Shown here one piece after another: positions 36,142 to 45,791 of a stretch of 64,000 bases of DNA. The stretch lies in IMG/VR virus record IMGVR_UViG_3300005805_009577, positions 32,001-96,000 of that record. One strand, written 5' to 3'. This DNA is from a virus. The position numbers were made by a program, and so were the translations under genes. Position 1 is the first letter of the stretch. Each line of letters starts with the position of its first letter. The notes under the pieces are model-generated. The model was not told where the DNA came from and searched no databases. It was given only the letters and a program-made list of their open reading frames with translations.

Positions 36142-36858
36142 ATGGGCATTTTTGATTATATAAAATTTGAAGATCAGGTTTCTATACCTAAGCCAGAAAA
36201 TTTTAACTTGGATTTAAAGGACTTAGAATTTCAAACTAAGTCTTTTGATCCAAGCATGTCTTTATATATCGTTAAAAATGACGGCAGCTTATACCAAGAA
36301 GGATTTTTTAATGATAAGAAAGAAGTGCAAGTAAATTTTCATGGAAAAGTTATATTTTACGCTTATCATCAAACTGATTTGGCTGATTATATTTTAGATT
36401 ATGAAGCAAAATTTACTGACGGCTTATTAAAAGAAATAAAGCTTATTAACTATGAGGTTGTTGAACATGAATCTTTAAAGTTAAAAAGAGAGAAACTTTT
36501 AAAAGAAATAAATAAAGAAAACAATAGAATAACAAGAAAGCTTTGCTTTCTACTAAGCAAAATATTTATTATATATCCTCTTGGTTTTTTTGGAATAAAA
36601 GTCGTAACACTAAGCCCTGGATCTTTTAGAGGTAAGAACTATCTGCTGACCTTCCACAAGCCAGAAATTATTTTTGGATATAAAAAAGATTCTTTTAAAA
36701 GAAAAATTTATGGAATTTCTTTTAATAAGATAACTACTGAATTGTGTGTTGTAAAAGCAAGCGTGTCAAAAGAGTTTTCTTTTAAAATTTTAGGCTTTGG
36801 AATCGTTCTTTCTATTTTTGAAAAAATTAACTTTGAAATAACAAAAGGAGAAAATTAA
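36142..36858 (+). CDS. Conserved phage protein
   Basis: MG.FDYI, FQTKSFD, Y.AKF.DG. Confidence 0.7.
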   Translation: MGIFDYIKFEDQVSIPKPENFNLDLKDLEFQTKSFDPSMSLYIVKNDGSLYQEGFFNDKKEVQVNFHGKVIFYAYHQTDLADYILDYEAKFTDGLLKEIKLINYEVVEHESLKLKREKLLKEINKENNRITRKLCFLLSKIFIIYPLGFFGIKVVTLSPGSFRGKNYLLTFHKPEIIFGYKKDSFKRKIYGISFNKITTELCVVKASVSKEFSFKILGFGIVLSIFEKINFEITKGEN

Positions 36859-37115
36859 TGCCTTTATTTGAACTAGATTCAATATCGATTTTTAAACATA
36901 AATACATTATAGAAGCAGATACTTTAGATAAAGCCATAAATTCTTTGGGTAAGTATAACTTAGAAGAATTAACACAAAAACATGTATCTGAAAATGTCAT
37001 AGAAAGTAAAAAAATAACAAAAAAAGAATTCAACGAGCTTATTAAAAAAGTAAATAAAAGCGACGTAATTTTATCAAATGCACATTTAGGAGAAAAAATT
37101 ATATTTAGGGCTTAG
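36858..37115 (+). CDS. Hypothetical protein
   Basis: AAGGAG RBS. Confidence 0.7.
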   Translation: MPLFELDSISIFKHKYIIEADTLDKAINSLGKYNLEELTQKHVSENVIESKKITKKEFNELIKKVNKSDVILSNAHLGEKIIFRA

Positions 37116-37403
37116 CTATAGAAGAAAAGTATAAAAGGCTAATGAATGGACTTTATCGCTATAATTACAAGCTAACATTTAAAGATAAGCTGTACACAAT
37201 GGTTGAACTTAAAAAAATACATTTAAAGCATAACTAGTATTAATATGCAAAATGAGATTTCTATTTTATTAGAAAGAATTGAAATTTTAAGCAATAAAAT
37301 TTTTTTGTTGGAAGCAAAGAATGAAGAATTAGCAGAAAAAATAAAAAGTTTGAACGAAGAAATAAAAAAAGATAAAATAGGACTTTACGAAAAATGATTA
37401 AAT

Positions 37404-37616
37404 ATGTTTGATTTTATTTTTTCTTTTACTTTTTATATTTTATTTTCTTTATTGCTTTTCTATCCTTTATTTTCTTTTTTTGCAATTAATCTAATAAGTT
37501 GTTTTAAATTATATAATTTAAGCTGCTATAATGGAAAATTTATTCTAAAATTTATAATAATTTTGAGTTTATTTCCCAGTTTTGTTATTTTAATGATAAA
37601 ATATGGTTTAATTTGA
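37404..37616 (+). CDS. Small membrane protein
   Basis: Two hydrophobic helices. Confidence 0.55.
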   Translation: MFDFIFSFTFYILFSLLLFYPLFSFFAINLISCFKLYNLSCYNGKFILKFIIILSLFPSFVILMIKYGLI

Positions 37617-38104
37617 TCTATATATCTGGTATGTCTTATAAAGAAATAGAAATTATTAAGAATATAGAAAAAAAATCATACCCGCAATTTATGTGGCAAT
37701 ATGACGAGGCAGAAAGTCTAGATGATATATACGCCATAGTTAATAAAGATAAAAAAGAAGGCAAGCTTTTTTGTCATGTAGAGGAAAGTTGGTATCTGGT
37801 GGGGGTTGACAGAAAAGATGAAATAGCCATTTCCGATTTAGCCAGCACTAAAAATTTAGGTTTTTCAGAAATGAATCTCATGCTCAGTTTTATTAAAAAA
37901 TTAGGAAATAAAAAAGTAATAGCTGACTGTAGAGATTTGACAAGTTATAACCTTTTAAAACTTTTAGAACAAAGAGGTACAATAAAAATTATTAGCGAAA
38001 GCCCTTGGATTTGGGGCAATGAAAAAATGTATGAATTGACTTTTTCTATAAAGCCAAAAGGTTTTAGTGACTGGCTCAGATATACAGAATCAAAAAATGA
38101 ATAA
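37613..38104 (+). CDS. Hypothetical protein (possible GNAT-like fold)
   Basis: E.I..IE..S.P..W; ISDLAS. Confidence 0.65.
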   Translation: MIYISGMSYKEIEIIKNIEKKSYPQFMWQYDEAESLDDIYAIVNKDKKEGKLFCHVEESWYLVGVDRKDEIAISDLASTKNLGFSEMNLMLSFIKKLGNKKVIADCRDLTSYNLLKLLEQRGTIKIISESPWIWGNEKMYELTFSIKPKGFSDWLRYTESKNE

Positions 38105-38115
38105 TAAATACTTTT

Positions 38116-39636
38116 ATGTCTATTAACTTCTATCAATTTCATAAACTTTTGAGTGAGTATGGCCAAAATCTAGTTCAAGACTTAATACAAAAGTTTCAAA
38201 AAGAAGATGCCGCCCTCACACCAGAAATAATAAAAATTTATATCGACAAATTTGAAAAAATAAAAAATACTCTTGCCGAAAAAGATATAAACAAATATTC
38301 TTGGAAAGAGCTAGAATCAACAATCGATAGCAGACAACCTAAGCAAAGAATAAAAGCAGGTAAATTAGATCCAACAGTAATAGACGCAAATCTTTTATAC
38401 AATAAAGATGGAATAAGAATCTATATTGGCAAAGATAAAAAAAGCTGTATTAGATATAGCAATGGATACAACTTTTGTATTGGTGCTAGAGGCGAAGATA
38501 GTATGTATAATTATTATAGAATAGGCAAAAAAGGATTGCCTTATTTTATATTTAATGATAATTTGCCACCCAGAGATGATAGACACTTATTAGTATTGTT
38601 TGTTTATGACAACTACGCTTTGCCCATTCCAACAAAATATAGATACTCCCTAACAAGAGCTAATAATGAAGGTGAAGATAACTATGAAAAGTTAATAGAG
38701 ATAATAAGAGACTATCCTTGGGTTTCCCCTATAGGACAATTTGTTGATGATAACAAAAAAGGAACCCTAGAGCCTGATCCTTTTGAGATCATAGAATATA
38801 CTTTTTACAACGCTTTGACTAATAAAAAAAGATTGCTAGAGAGTTCTTATTCTGGTCTAGGAAAGCCCTGGTCAACAATTAAATTTGGCGTACCTTACGA
38901 TGGTAAGTTAGAACATTTTGAAAAACGAGGACTTAGAAATCTTTTTATATCACTTAAAGAATTAATTTTTAATAAAGATCCATTGACTATCAATAATTTT
39001 ATAGAACAAAAAGATAATCAGAAAATTGCTTTTATAAGAATATATGAATCTAATAAAGATAATTCAATCTTTTCCTGGCCCAGAATGTTTTGTGTTTTTT
39101 GTAAAAATTCTGATGAGCTTTTGAAAGAAATTAGAAGAATAGCAAAGAATATAATAAAAGAGCCAAGCATTCATGGTGGTGAGTGGCCTAACGTTATTTC
39201 TAATTTGCAACCCAGCAAAAAAAATATAGAATCTTTGCTTGAGCCAATAGAAAAAAGCAAAAATAAGATATATGAATTATTAAGTAAAAATAAAGAATTA
39301 AGAGACAACATACCTGTTTTTATAAGTTATCAAGACAATAAGCCAGATTTTAGAGATGCAATAATGATGCCTTATTTTTTAGTTCAAATAAATGATATTA
39401 GAGAAATAGCATTGGACGTTATAGGACACAATAAAGAAATAGTAGAAGACTTGAATAATATTAAAACTAAATATAATAAGTATTTAGAATTAATAAAAAG
39501 CTTAAATAAAGAGCAGCAAAGCTTATTATTAGAAAAAATAGAAAGAATTGGAAAAGAAAACAAAGTAACTATTAATCAATTAAATTTCCCAATAACTATT
39601 ATTTTTGAGGCAGTAGAAGAATTTTTTAATTTATAA
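38116..39636 (+). CDS. Large hypothetical protein, candidate virion-internal protein
   Basis: N-terminus INFYQFHKLLSE; AATAAATA upstream. Confidence 0.75.
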   Translation: MSINFYQFHKLLSEYGQNLVQDLIQKFQKEDAALTPEIIKIYIDKFEKIKNTLAEKDINKYSWKELESTIDSRQPKQRIKAGKLDPTVIDANLLYNKDGIRIYIGKDKKSCIRYSNGYNFCIGARGEDSMYNYYRIGKKGLPYFIFNDNLPPRDDRHLLVLFVYDNYALPIPTKYRYSLTRANNEGEDNYEKLIEIIRDYPWVSPIGQFVDDNKKGTLEPDPFEIIEYTFYNALTNKKRLLESSYSGLGKPWSTIKFGVPYDGKLEHFEKRGLRNLFISLKELIFNKDPLTINNFIEQKDNQKIAFIRIYESNKDNSIFSWPRMFCVFCKNSDELLKEIRRIAKNIIKEPSIHGGEWPNVISNLQPSKKNIESLLEPIEKSKNKIYELLSKNKELRDNIPVFISYQDNKPDFRDAIMMPYFLVQINDIREIALDVIGHNKEIVEDLNNIKTKYNKYLELIKSLNKEQQSLLLEKIERIGKENKVTINQLNFPITIIFEAVEEFFNL

Positions 39637-40396
39637 TAGGCCTAAATAATTTTGTTCTTTTATTATTTTGCCTTTCTACATATCTCGAATAATCGTAGGC
39701 CCAGTGTGGTTTTAATTTATATCTTCCAAATATCTTATTATCATTTTTTACATAATCTTCGGCCTTTTTTGATAAATTAGTTTTCAATGATATTGCATGA
39801 TAACTATTATTGTTTAATCTATAAATATAAAACATATTATCTAAGTTTATTTTTTCGCTATTATATTTTTCTTGTTTAAAAAATTTGTTAATTGTTAATT
39901 GATCTAATTCCAAGTCATCTGTTTCTAAATACCCTCCTGCCTGTTTAAAAGCAGATTTGTATATTGCCAAATTTGAGTGAAAAAGAGGAAATATTCCCCA
40001 ATACTTTAACGCACTAATTATTTTTGTTTTTTCCACCTCCACATAGCCCATTCTTGTATGAAATATATTTTTTTTATTTTCAAACATTTTGTTTATTGTA
40101 TAGCTAATCCTATGCGGCAGATATATATCATCATCCTCCCAGGCAAATAATATTTCCCCAGAACACAAATCAATCGTATTATTAAATTTTTCTCCTAAAA
40201 GATGAATTTTCTTTTTTAGATTAAAAACCTTTACTTCTGGGTGGTCAATATATAATTCGTGGTAAGGGCAATCATTTAATATTATAAGTTCTTTTTCACC
40301 CTTATAGTCTTGTCTTATAAAACTTTCTATTGCTTCCTCTAGTATTCTTGGGCGACCATAAGTTGCACAGTAAGCACTAACTTTCGGGAAATACAT
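39626..40396 (-). CDS. Glycosyltransferase family 2
   Basis: YCATYGRP..LEEAIESF..QDY.GEKELIILND, WEDDDIYLP.R. Confidence 0.88.
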   Translation of the reverse strand: MYFPKVSAYCATYGRPRILEEAIESFIRQDYKGEKELIILNDCPYHELYIDHPEVKVFNLKKKIHLLGEKFNNTIDLCSGEILFAWEDDDIYLPHRISYTINKMFENKKNIFHTRMGYVEVEKTKIISALKYWGIFPLFHSNLAIYKSAFKQAGGYLETDDLELDQLTINKFFKQEKYNSEKINLDNMFYIYRLNNNSYHAISLKTNLSKKAEDYVKNDNKIFGRYKLKPHWAYDYSRYVERQNNKRTKLFRPIIN

Positions 40397-40428
40397 AAAC
40401 TAATTATAGAAAAAAATACAGCTTTGTT

Positions 40429-40436
40429 TATAAATA
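40429..40436 (+). promoter_or_regulatory. T4-type late promoter TATAAATA
   Basis: Exact T4 gp55 consensus 5 nt before ATG 40442. Confidence 0.55.
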
Positions 40437-40441
40437 TCTTT

Positions 40442-40708
40442 ATGAAAACATTTCAAGAATATATAAATTTAAACGAAGCAAACAATAGCAAAAAAGAGTC
40501 TAAAAAAGACAAAGATGAAACAAATAAGATTGACTGTGTTATGGATCTAGCCAAGGCCATACAAGACGTATTTAAAGATTATAGTCTAAACACAAGAAAA
40601 GAGGCTTGGAAGAGAATTAATTCTACCAAAGCTAAAGATTTGTTTCAAAAATTACTAGTAACTCCTAGCAAGTCTTTAAGTCCTTTTAAGAGCATAGCGG
40701 ATAAATAA
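40442..40708 (+). CDS. Small protein with T4-like capsid-targeting N-terminus
   Basis: MKTFQEYINLNE versus T4 IPIII MKTYQEFIAE. Confidence 0.7.
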   Translation: MKTFQEYINLNEANNSKKESKKDKDETNKIDCVMDLAKAIQDVFKDYSLNTRKEAWKRINSTKAKDLFQKLLVTPSKSLSPFKSIADK

Positions 40709-40815
40709 AATGAAAAGAAAAGCTATTTCTTTATTGATTATAACATTTGCTTTTTTTATTGGTTATTTTTTAGGTTTAGTGTTTTAAATTTAATAATAAA
40801 TAAAAACCGTGGCGG

Positions 40816-40897
40816 GGTACGTAAAAATTCCGGGATTATTTACTCATTAAATAATCCCGGTTAACCAAAGGAGTAAGTGATTGTCTCCGAATCACTT
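40816..40897 (+). other. GGTACG motif followed by two hairpins (candidate structured RNA/leader)
   Basis: 13-bp stem 40830-40860; 8-bp stem 40875-40897. Confidence 0.5.
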
Positions 40898-40953
40898 TGT
40901 AGACTTATCTTTTTAGTGCTACAAAATAGTAAAGTATAAAATTTATTATTTTT

Positions 40954-41310
40954 ATGAGAATAATTGAATCAAAAATGATTGAAGCCATTAAAAATAAGAA
41001 AAATTATAATGGCGGAAATACAAAAGTTATAACAAAAAAGAACAAATCTTTTGTTTATTTGTTTAATAATTTAATAGCCGAGATAACAGATAAAAAAGTA
41101 AGAATTAATAATTGTGGCTATAAAACAAAAACTACAAAAAGTAGATTGAATGCAATTTTAAACGAATTTGTCGGAGATAGACAAATTTACCAAAAGGATT
41201 TTAATTGGTATATTAGCGGAGAAATTTTAGAGGGATATTATTCTTGCGATTTCCCAAGTGGTTGGGTAGAATTTACAAATAAATTTATTTTAAACACTTT
41301 TAAAGCTTAA
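40954..41310 (+). CDS. Conserved phage protein
   Basis: MR.IE..MI.AI, VYL..NLIA.I, T.TTKSRLNAIL, QK...WY. Confidence 0.75.
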   Translation: MRIIESKMIEAIKNKKNYNGGNTKVITKKNKSFVYLFNNLIAEITDKKVRINNCGYKTKTTKSRLNAILNEFVGDRQIYQKDFNWYISGEILEGYYSCDFPSGWVEFTNKFILNTFKA

Positions 41311-41311
41311 A

Positions 41312-41842
41312 ATGAACGTACTTGATAAATATAAAGAGTATGGTTGGAATGTAGATTTAATTAAGCAAGATATAGAAAAAAATACATTCCCTTATGCTGT
41401 CCTTATGGAAAATTTTAGAGGGGATTTCACTATAGGAAGTGTTTTAAGAAGCTGTAATGCTTTAGGCGGCAAGGAGATGTACTACTATGGCAGAAAAAAG
41501 TACGACAGAAGGGCTACTGTTGGTACTTATCATTATACGAGCATGATAAATATTAAAGATTTGGAAGGACTAATAAGTCTTAAAAGCAAGTATAAGTTTG
41601 TTGCTTTAGAAAACAATATTGAAAACACTATTCCTATTTATGATTATGAATGGAGTGAAAACTCTTTGATAGTCGTTGGAGAAGAGGGAACAGGTATCTC
41701 CAAGGAAGTTCTTGAAATTTGTGACGATTTCATTCATATTCCACAATACGGTAGTGTGAGAAGCATGAATGCCGCCGTTGCTGCAAGTATAGCAATGAAT
41801 GATTACGTTGGAAAATATTTAAGGAAAAAAAGTGAATACTGA
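41312..41842 (+). CDS. TrmH/SpoU-family RNA 2'-O-methyltransferase
   Basis: N.GS..RS..A.G, VGEE..GI, IPQ.G..RS.NAAVAASIA. Confidence 0.9.
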   Translation: MNVLDKYKEYGWNVDLIKQDIEKNTFPYAVLMENFRGDFTIGSVLRSCNALGGKEMYYYGRKKYDRRATVGTYHYTSMINIKDLEGLISLKSKYKFVALENNIENTIPIYDYEWSENSLIVVGEEGTGISKEVLEICDDFIHIPQYGSVRSMNAAVAASIAMNDYVGKYLRKKSEY

Positions 41843-42170
41843 TCTTAATTCTTTTATAAAATCACCAAAGTTAACAAATAAATCAACAGACTCCACAAGT
41901 TATTATGGAATGGACATAAGAACAACTATGGGAAATCTAATAAAAATATTAGGCCTCCCTAATGGTGAAGGTTGTGTAAAAGTTAACTATTGTTGGAACT
42001 GCGAACTTTCTACCGGAGAAGTTTTTACTATTTATGATTGGAAGTCACCTAAAAAAATAGAGATGAATGATATTGTGAGCTTTCATATAGGCGGCTTTAA
42101 TAAAAATGATACAGTTAGGGCTCGTAATGTTATTTTAAAAGAACTTGGAGATAATCACTATAATGGGTAG
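41832..42170 (+). CDS. Conserved phage protein
   Basis: LI..LG.P, KV..W, FTIYDWK, FHIGG. Confidence 0.7.
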   Translation: MNTDLNSFIKSPKLTNKSTDSTSYYGMDIRTTMGNLIKILGLPNGEGCVKVNYCWNCELSTGEVFTIYDWKSPKKIEMNDIVSFHIGGFNKNDTVRARNVILKELGDNHYNG

Positions 42171-42687
42171 TTATTCTGGTGAGGATTCGGTTAATATTGA
42201 GTGGACACTTCGTATATTTGAAAACTTCAATTCTCTTTTAGATAATTTTAAGAATGAAGAGAAAGAAAATTTTATAGATGTTCATATTGATAAAGAAAAT
42301 AAAATTCAAAAGTTTTATTTAAAACCTCTTGATATAGATATAAAAGAAGTTGTCACCGAAAAAGCTGCCAACTTTTTACTTGAAATTTTAGGAAGGCAAG
42401 AAAAGTATCTTTATGTAGACATGGAAATACAATACAGCGTTAATGGATACTATGACCCAGGCTGTACTTATGGACCACCTGAAAATTGTTATCCTCCTGA
42501 AAGTGACGAAGAAAGAACCGTGGAATACTCTACTTTGTGTTTAGCCAAAGATATATCGGTTGATATTCCGGATACTCATTTTAATAAAATCTATGATGCT
42601 TTTGAAAAGGAAATAACCAGCAGAGATTTTACACCAGACGACGACGGTGATTACGATTATGATTACGATGATCGAGATGATTATTAA
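42163..42687 (+). CDS. Hypothetical acidic protein
   Basis: YGPPENCYPPE; D/Y-rich tail. Confidence 0.7.
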   Translation: MGSYSGEDSVNIEWTLRIFENFNSLLDNFKNEEKENFIDVHIDKENKIQKFYLKPLDIDIKEVVTEKAANFLLEILGRQEKYLYVDMEIQYSVNGYYDPGCTYGPPENCYPPESDEERTVEYSTLCLAKDISVDIPDTHFNKIYDAFEKEITSRDFTPDDDGDYDYDYDDRDDY

Positions 42688-42832
42688 TGAAAAACAACTG
42701 TAAATTTGAAGATTTAAATCAAACTTTATTAAAAGAAGATTTTGATAAAATGATTGCAGAAACGATATGGATGGCAGATAGGCCAAGAACTTGGTATGAG
42801 TGGTTTGTTTGGACTTTTTGGAACCAATTTAA

Positions 42833-43345
42833 ATGAGCTATTTTGTTGTTGATGTCGAAAGTGACGGCCCAATACCACCAGATTATTCTATGGTTTGTTT
42901 TGGTGCTGTTGTTTTGGATGAGTTTTTAAATAAAACTTTTTACGGAATGACAAAACCTATTTCTAAAAACTATCAACCACAAACACTTGAAATAAGTGGG
43001 GTCAGCAGAGAGAAACACGAGTCTTTTGAAGATCCTAAAGAAGTTTTTTTAAAATTCTTAGAATGGATCGAAAGCAATTCAATTGGAAAACCTATTTTTA
43101 TAAGCGATAATCCTTGCTATGATTGGCAGTGGATAAATTACTATTTTCATCATTTTATGGGTAAAAATCCATTTGGATATTCTGGCAGGAGAATAGGCGA
43201 TCTTTATTGCGGTCTTGTTAGAGATACAAGAGCACAATGGAAACATCTTAGAAAAACTATTCACGATCACAACCCAGTTAATGACGCTATAGGTAATGCA
43301 GAAGCTTTACTTGCTATAGAAAAAATGGGTTTAAAAATAAGGTAA
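42833..43345 (+). CDS. DEDD 3'-5' exonuclease (Rv2179c/RNase AS-like)
   Basis: VDVESDGP, SDN..YDW..INYYF, H....DA..NA. Confidence 0.88.
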   Translation: MSYFVVDVESDGPIPPDYSMVCFGAVVLDEFLNKTFYGMTKPISKNYQPQTLEISGVSREKHESFEDPKEVFLKFLEWIESNSIGKPIFISDNPCYDWQWINYYFHHFMGKNPFGYSGRRIGDLYCGLVRDTRAQWKHLRKTIHDHNPVNDAIGNAEALLAIEKMGLKIR

Positions 43346-43350
43346 CACTA

Positions 43351-43752
43351 ATGTCAAAAAAGTTTCATTTTGACTGCGATTTAGATGGCTCTATTATAGT
43401 TTTGTGTGCATTGCAAAGTGTTTTAAAATATTCTTTATCTTCCCAAGAATCTGTAATTAAGCCTTTTCAAAGATGGATTAAAAATTATTGGGAAGATTTA
43501 GATGAAAATACAAGATTTATAATTGTTAGAGATATATTTGATTATTTAAAAAGTAATAGTAATCAAAAAGAAAGTTTTAATGGTTTGCAATCTTCATCAG
43601 ATAAATTTTACAAACTATTATTGTTGTGGAAAAAGTTTGTTGTGGAAAGATATTTAGATTTAAATTCAAAAGAAAAAATATACATTGATATGTATTTTCA
43701 CAAAGATGAATGGTATAACAAAAACTTCACACTAGATATCTTTAAGAAGTAA
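43351..43752 (+). CDS. Hypothetical protein
   Basis: ORF track. Confidence 0.65.
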   Translation: MSKKFHFDCDLDGSIIVLCALQSVLKYSLSSQESVIKPFQRWIKNYWEDLDENTRFIIVRDIFDYLKSNSNQKESFNGLQSSSDKFYKLLLLWKKFVVERYLDLNSKEKIYIDMYFHKDEWYNKNFTLDIFKK

Positions 43753-43797
43753 ATAAGTTTTAAAGATTATTTTTTACAACCCACTACAATGTAAATC

Positions 43798-44826
43798 ATG
43801 AGAAAGCTAGCTAGCATACAACAAATTAAGTATAAAAAAGAAATATCAAACGCAGACTCTATAGAGTGCGTAGGTGTATTGGGATGGGAGTGTGTATCTA
43901 AAAAAAATGAATTTAAAGAAGGCGATAAGTGCATTTATATAGAAATTGATAGTCTTTTGCCCGTTATACCAGAATTCGAATTTCTTAGAAAAGGTTGCTA
44001 TAATCCTAATCTCGACAAGTTTAGAATAAAAAGCATAAAACTTAGAAAAACTTTGTCTCAAGGTATTGCCCTCCCGATTTCTTTGTTTCCTAGATTAATT
44101 GATTTAGAAATAGGAACAGACATAACAGATATTTTGGGAGTTATAAAATACGAACCTCCAATTCCTGCTCAAATTGCAGGTGATGCTCGAAGTTTTTCTT
44201 GGCCTATAGAAAAAACAGATGAAATCAGAGTTCAGCAAGATGATGAATATAATTTTATTAAAAGTTTGTCTGGCAAACCTTATTATATATCTCTTAAATT
44301 AGATGGAACAAGTTGCTCTTTTATACTAAATCCCGCTGATGGCGAGTTTCATGTATGTGGAAGAAACTATAGTTACAAAAAAAATGATTCACATAGTTTT
44401 TGGAAAATTGAAAATAAGTATGGAATAGAAAAAAATCTTAGAGACTTCGCAGAAAAAAATAAAATAATAGCACTTCAAGGGGAGTGCGTAGGCCCAGGAA
44501 TTCAAAAAAATCCTTTAGGGTTAAAAGAAGTAGACTTTTATGTATTTAATGTAATAGATGTATCTTCTAATAAGAGGCTTCATATAGAGGAGTCTGAAAA
44601 AATAGTTCGTGATTTTAATTTAAATTTTGTGCCTATTCTTGAAAAAGAAACAAAATTTAATTATTTGCAAGAACAACTTTTAGAAAAAGCAAAAGGAAAA
44701 TATTTTGAACACTTTAAATCAGCAAAACCAGACCAAGACAGAGAAGGAATTGTAATAAGAAGTTTGTGTGGAGAAATTAGTTTTAAAGCTATTAATAATG
44801 ATTTTCTTTTAAAGGAAAAAGATTGA
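43798..44826 (+). CDS. RNA ligase (DRB0094/Rnl2-like)
   Basis: RKLASIQ, YIEIDS, KLDGTS, GE..GPGIQ.N, REGIV, SFKAIN..FLL. Confidence 0.9.
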   Translation: MRKLASIQQIKYKKEISNADSIECVGVLGWECVSKKNEFKEGDKCIYIEIDSLLPVIPEFEFLRKGCYNPNLDKFRIKSIKLRKTLSQGIALPISLFPRLIDLEIGTDITDILGVIKYEPPIPAQIAGDARSFSWPIEKTDEIRVQQDDEYNFIKSLSGKPYYISLKLDGTSCSFILNPADGEFHVCGRNYSYKKNDSHSFWKIENKYGIEKNLRDFAEKNKIIALQGECVGPGIQKNPLGLKEVDFYVFNVIDVSSNKRLHIEESEKIVRDFNLNFVPILEKETKFNYLQEQLLEKAKGKYFEHFKSAKPDQDREGIVIRSLCGEISFKAINNDFLLKEKD

Positions 44827-44906
44827 TGCCATAAATCAAACAAATTCTCCATCTAGCAAATAATATTTTTTTTGTTATATTTGTCTCAGACTTCTGAGGC
44901 TAAAAC

Positions 44907-45584
44907 ATGACTAAAAAAATTAAAACTCGTTGGACAAAAGAAGAAATAAATAATTTAAAAAATGGAAAAGTAGTCCCCGGTAGGACTTTGCATTCTATTA
45001 AAAATCAAATTTTAAGGTTGGGTTTAATATCAAAGAAAAAAGCTAGAAGACCATGGACGGAAAAAGAAGTTGAAAAATTAAAAGAATTGCATATCCAAGG
45101 TTTTTCTGCAAAACAAATCTATGAAATGAAAATATTTAATACGGGTATTTTTGGAATACAACATAAGCTAAGAAGAATAGGATTGGTTCGTGGCAAAAAT
45201 ATACACAAGCTAAACAAAGAGACAAGAGAAAAACTCAAAGACTTTTTATTAAATAACTATCAAGGTAAAACACCAAAAGAACTAACGGATATTTGGAATA
45301 AAGAAAATTGTATCAAAATTTCTTACAAAAAGGTTCTTTCGTATCTTTATGTTTTGAAAATAAAAATACCTTACTACGAAGTTCAAAAAATTAATACTCT
45401 TCGTAAAAAAGAAAAAAAGTTAATTGAAGGCTCTAAATCAATAAGCACATCTGTTCAAACCGCTATAAGAGCAGAGAGAGTTAGGCTTATGAGAAAAAGA
45501 GTTGAGAGAAATTTAGATATTTGGAGCGGCTTGAAAATTGATAATCTTCAAGAAGTTTTAAAAGACGATGAATTGCTAATTTAG
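44907..45584 (+). CDS. Myb/HTH-repeat DNA-binding protein
   Basis: RWTKEE..NL and PWT.KE.EKLKEL repeats. Confidence 0.65.
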   Translation: MTKKIKTRWTKEEINNLKNGKVVPGRTLHSIKNQILRLGLISKKKARRPWTEKEVEKLKELHIQGFSAKQIYEMKIFNTGIFGIQHKLRRIGLVRGKNIHKLNKETREKLKDFLLNNYQGKTPKELTDIWNKENCIKISYKKVLSYLYVLKIKIPYYEVQKINTLRKKEKKLIEGSKSISTSVQTAIRAERVRLMRKRVERNLDIWSGLKIDNLQEVLKDDELLI

Positions 45585-45766
45585 TCATGCACTTTTATGC
45601 TAGGTTTTTTGCCACAGGTACACTTGTGGCAACAAGGGTTACCTGGTATGCAATTTTTTTCTGTGCATATGTTTCTGCATTCCATACCACAATTATTACA
45701 TTTGCATACACAAGGCATTTGGCAGCCTAGCGAAAAAATGACAGCCAAAAATATTAAAGCTCTCAT
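45581..45766 (-). CDS. Exported/lipoprotein metallothionein-like Cys-rich peptide (61 aa)
   Basis: MRALIFLAVIFSLG-C then 12 Cys in about 38 residues. Confidence 0.65.
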   Translation of the reverse strand: MRALIFLAVIFSLGCQMPCVCKCNNCGMECRNICTEKNCIPGNPCCHKCTCGKKPSIKVHD

Positions 45767-45791
45767 ACTATTATGTATGTAGAAGCATATT

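Noticed and set aside
45597-45782. Plus-strand 61-aa ORF opposite the Cys-rich peptide
   Set aside because: No recognisable features; the minus-strand reading has a leader peptide and a patterned Cys array.
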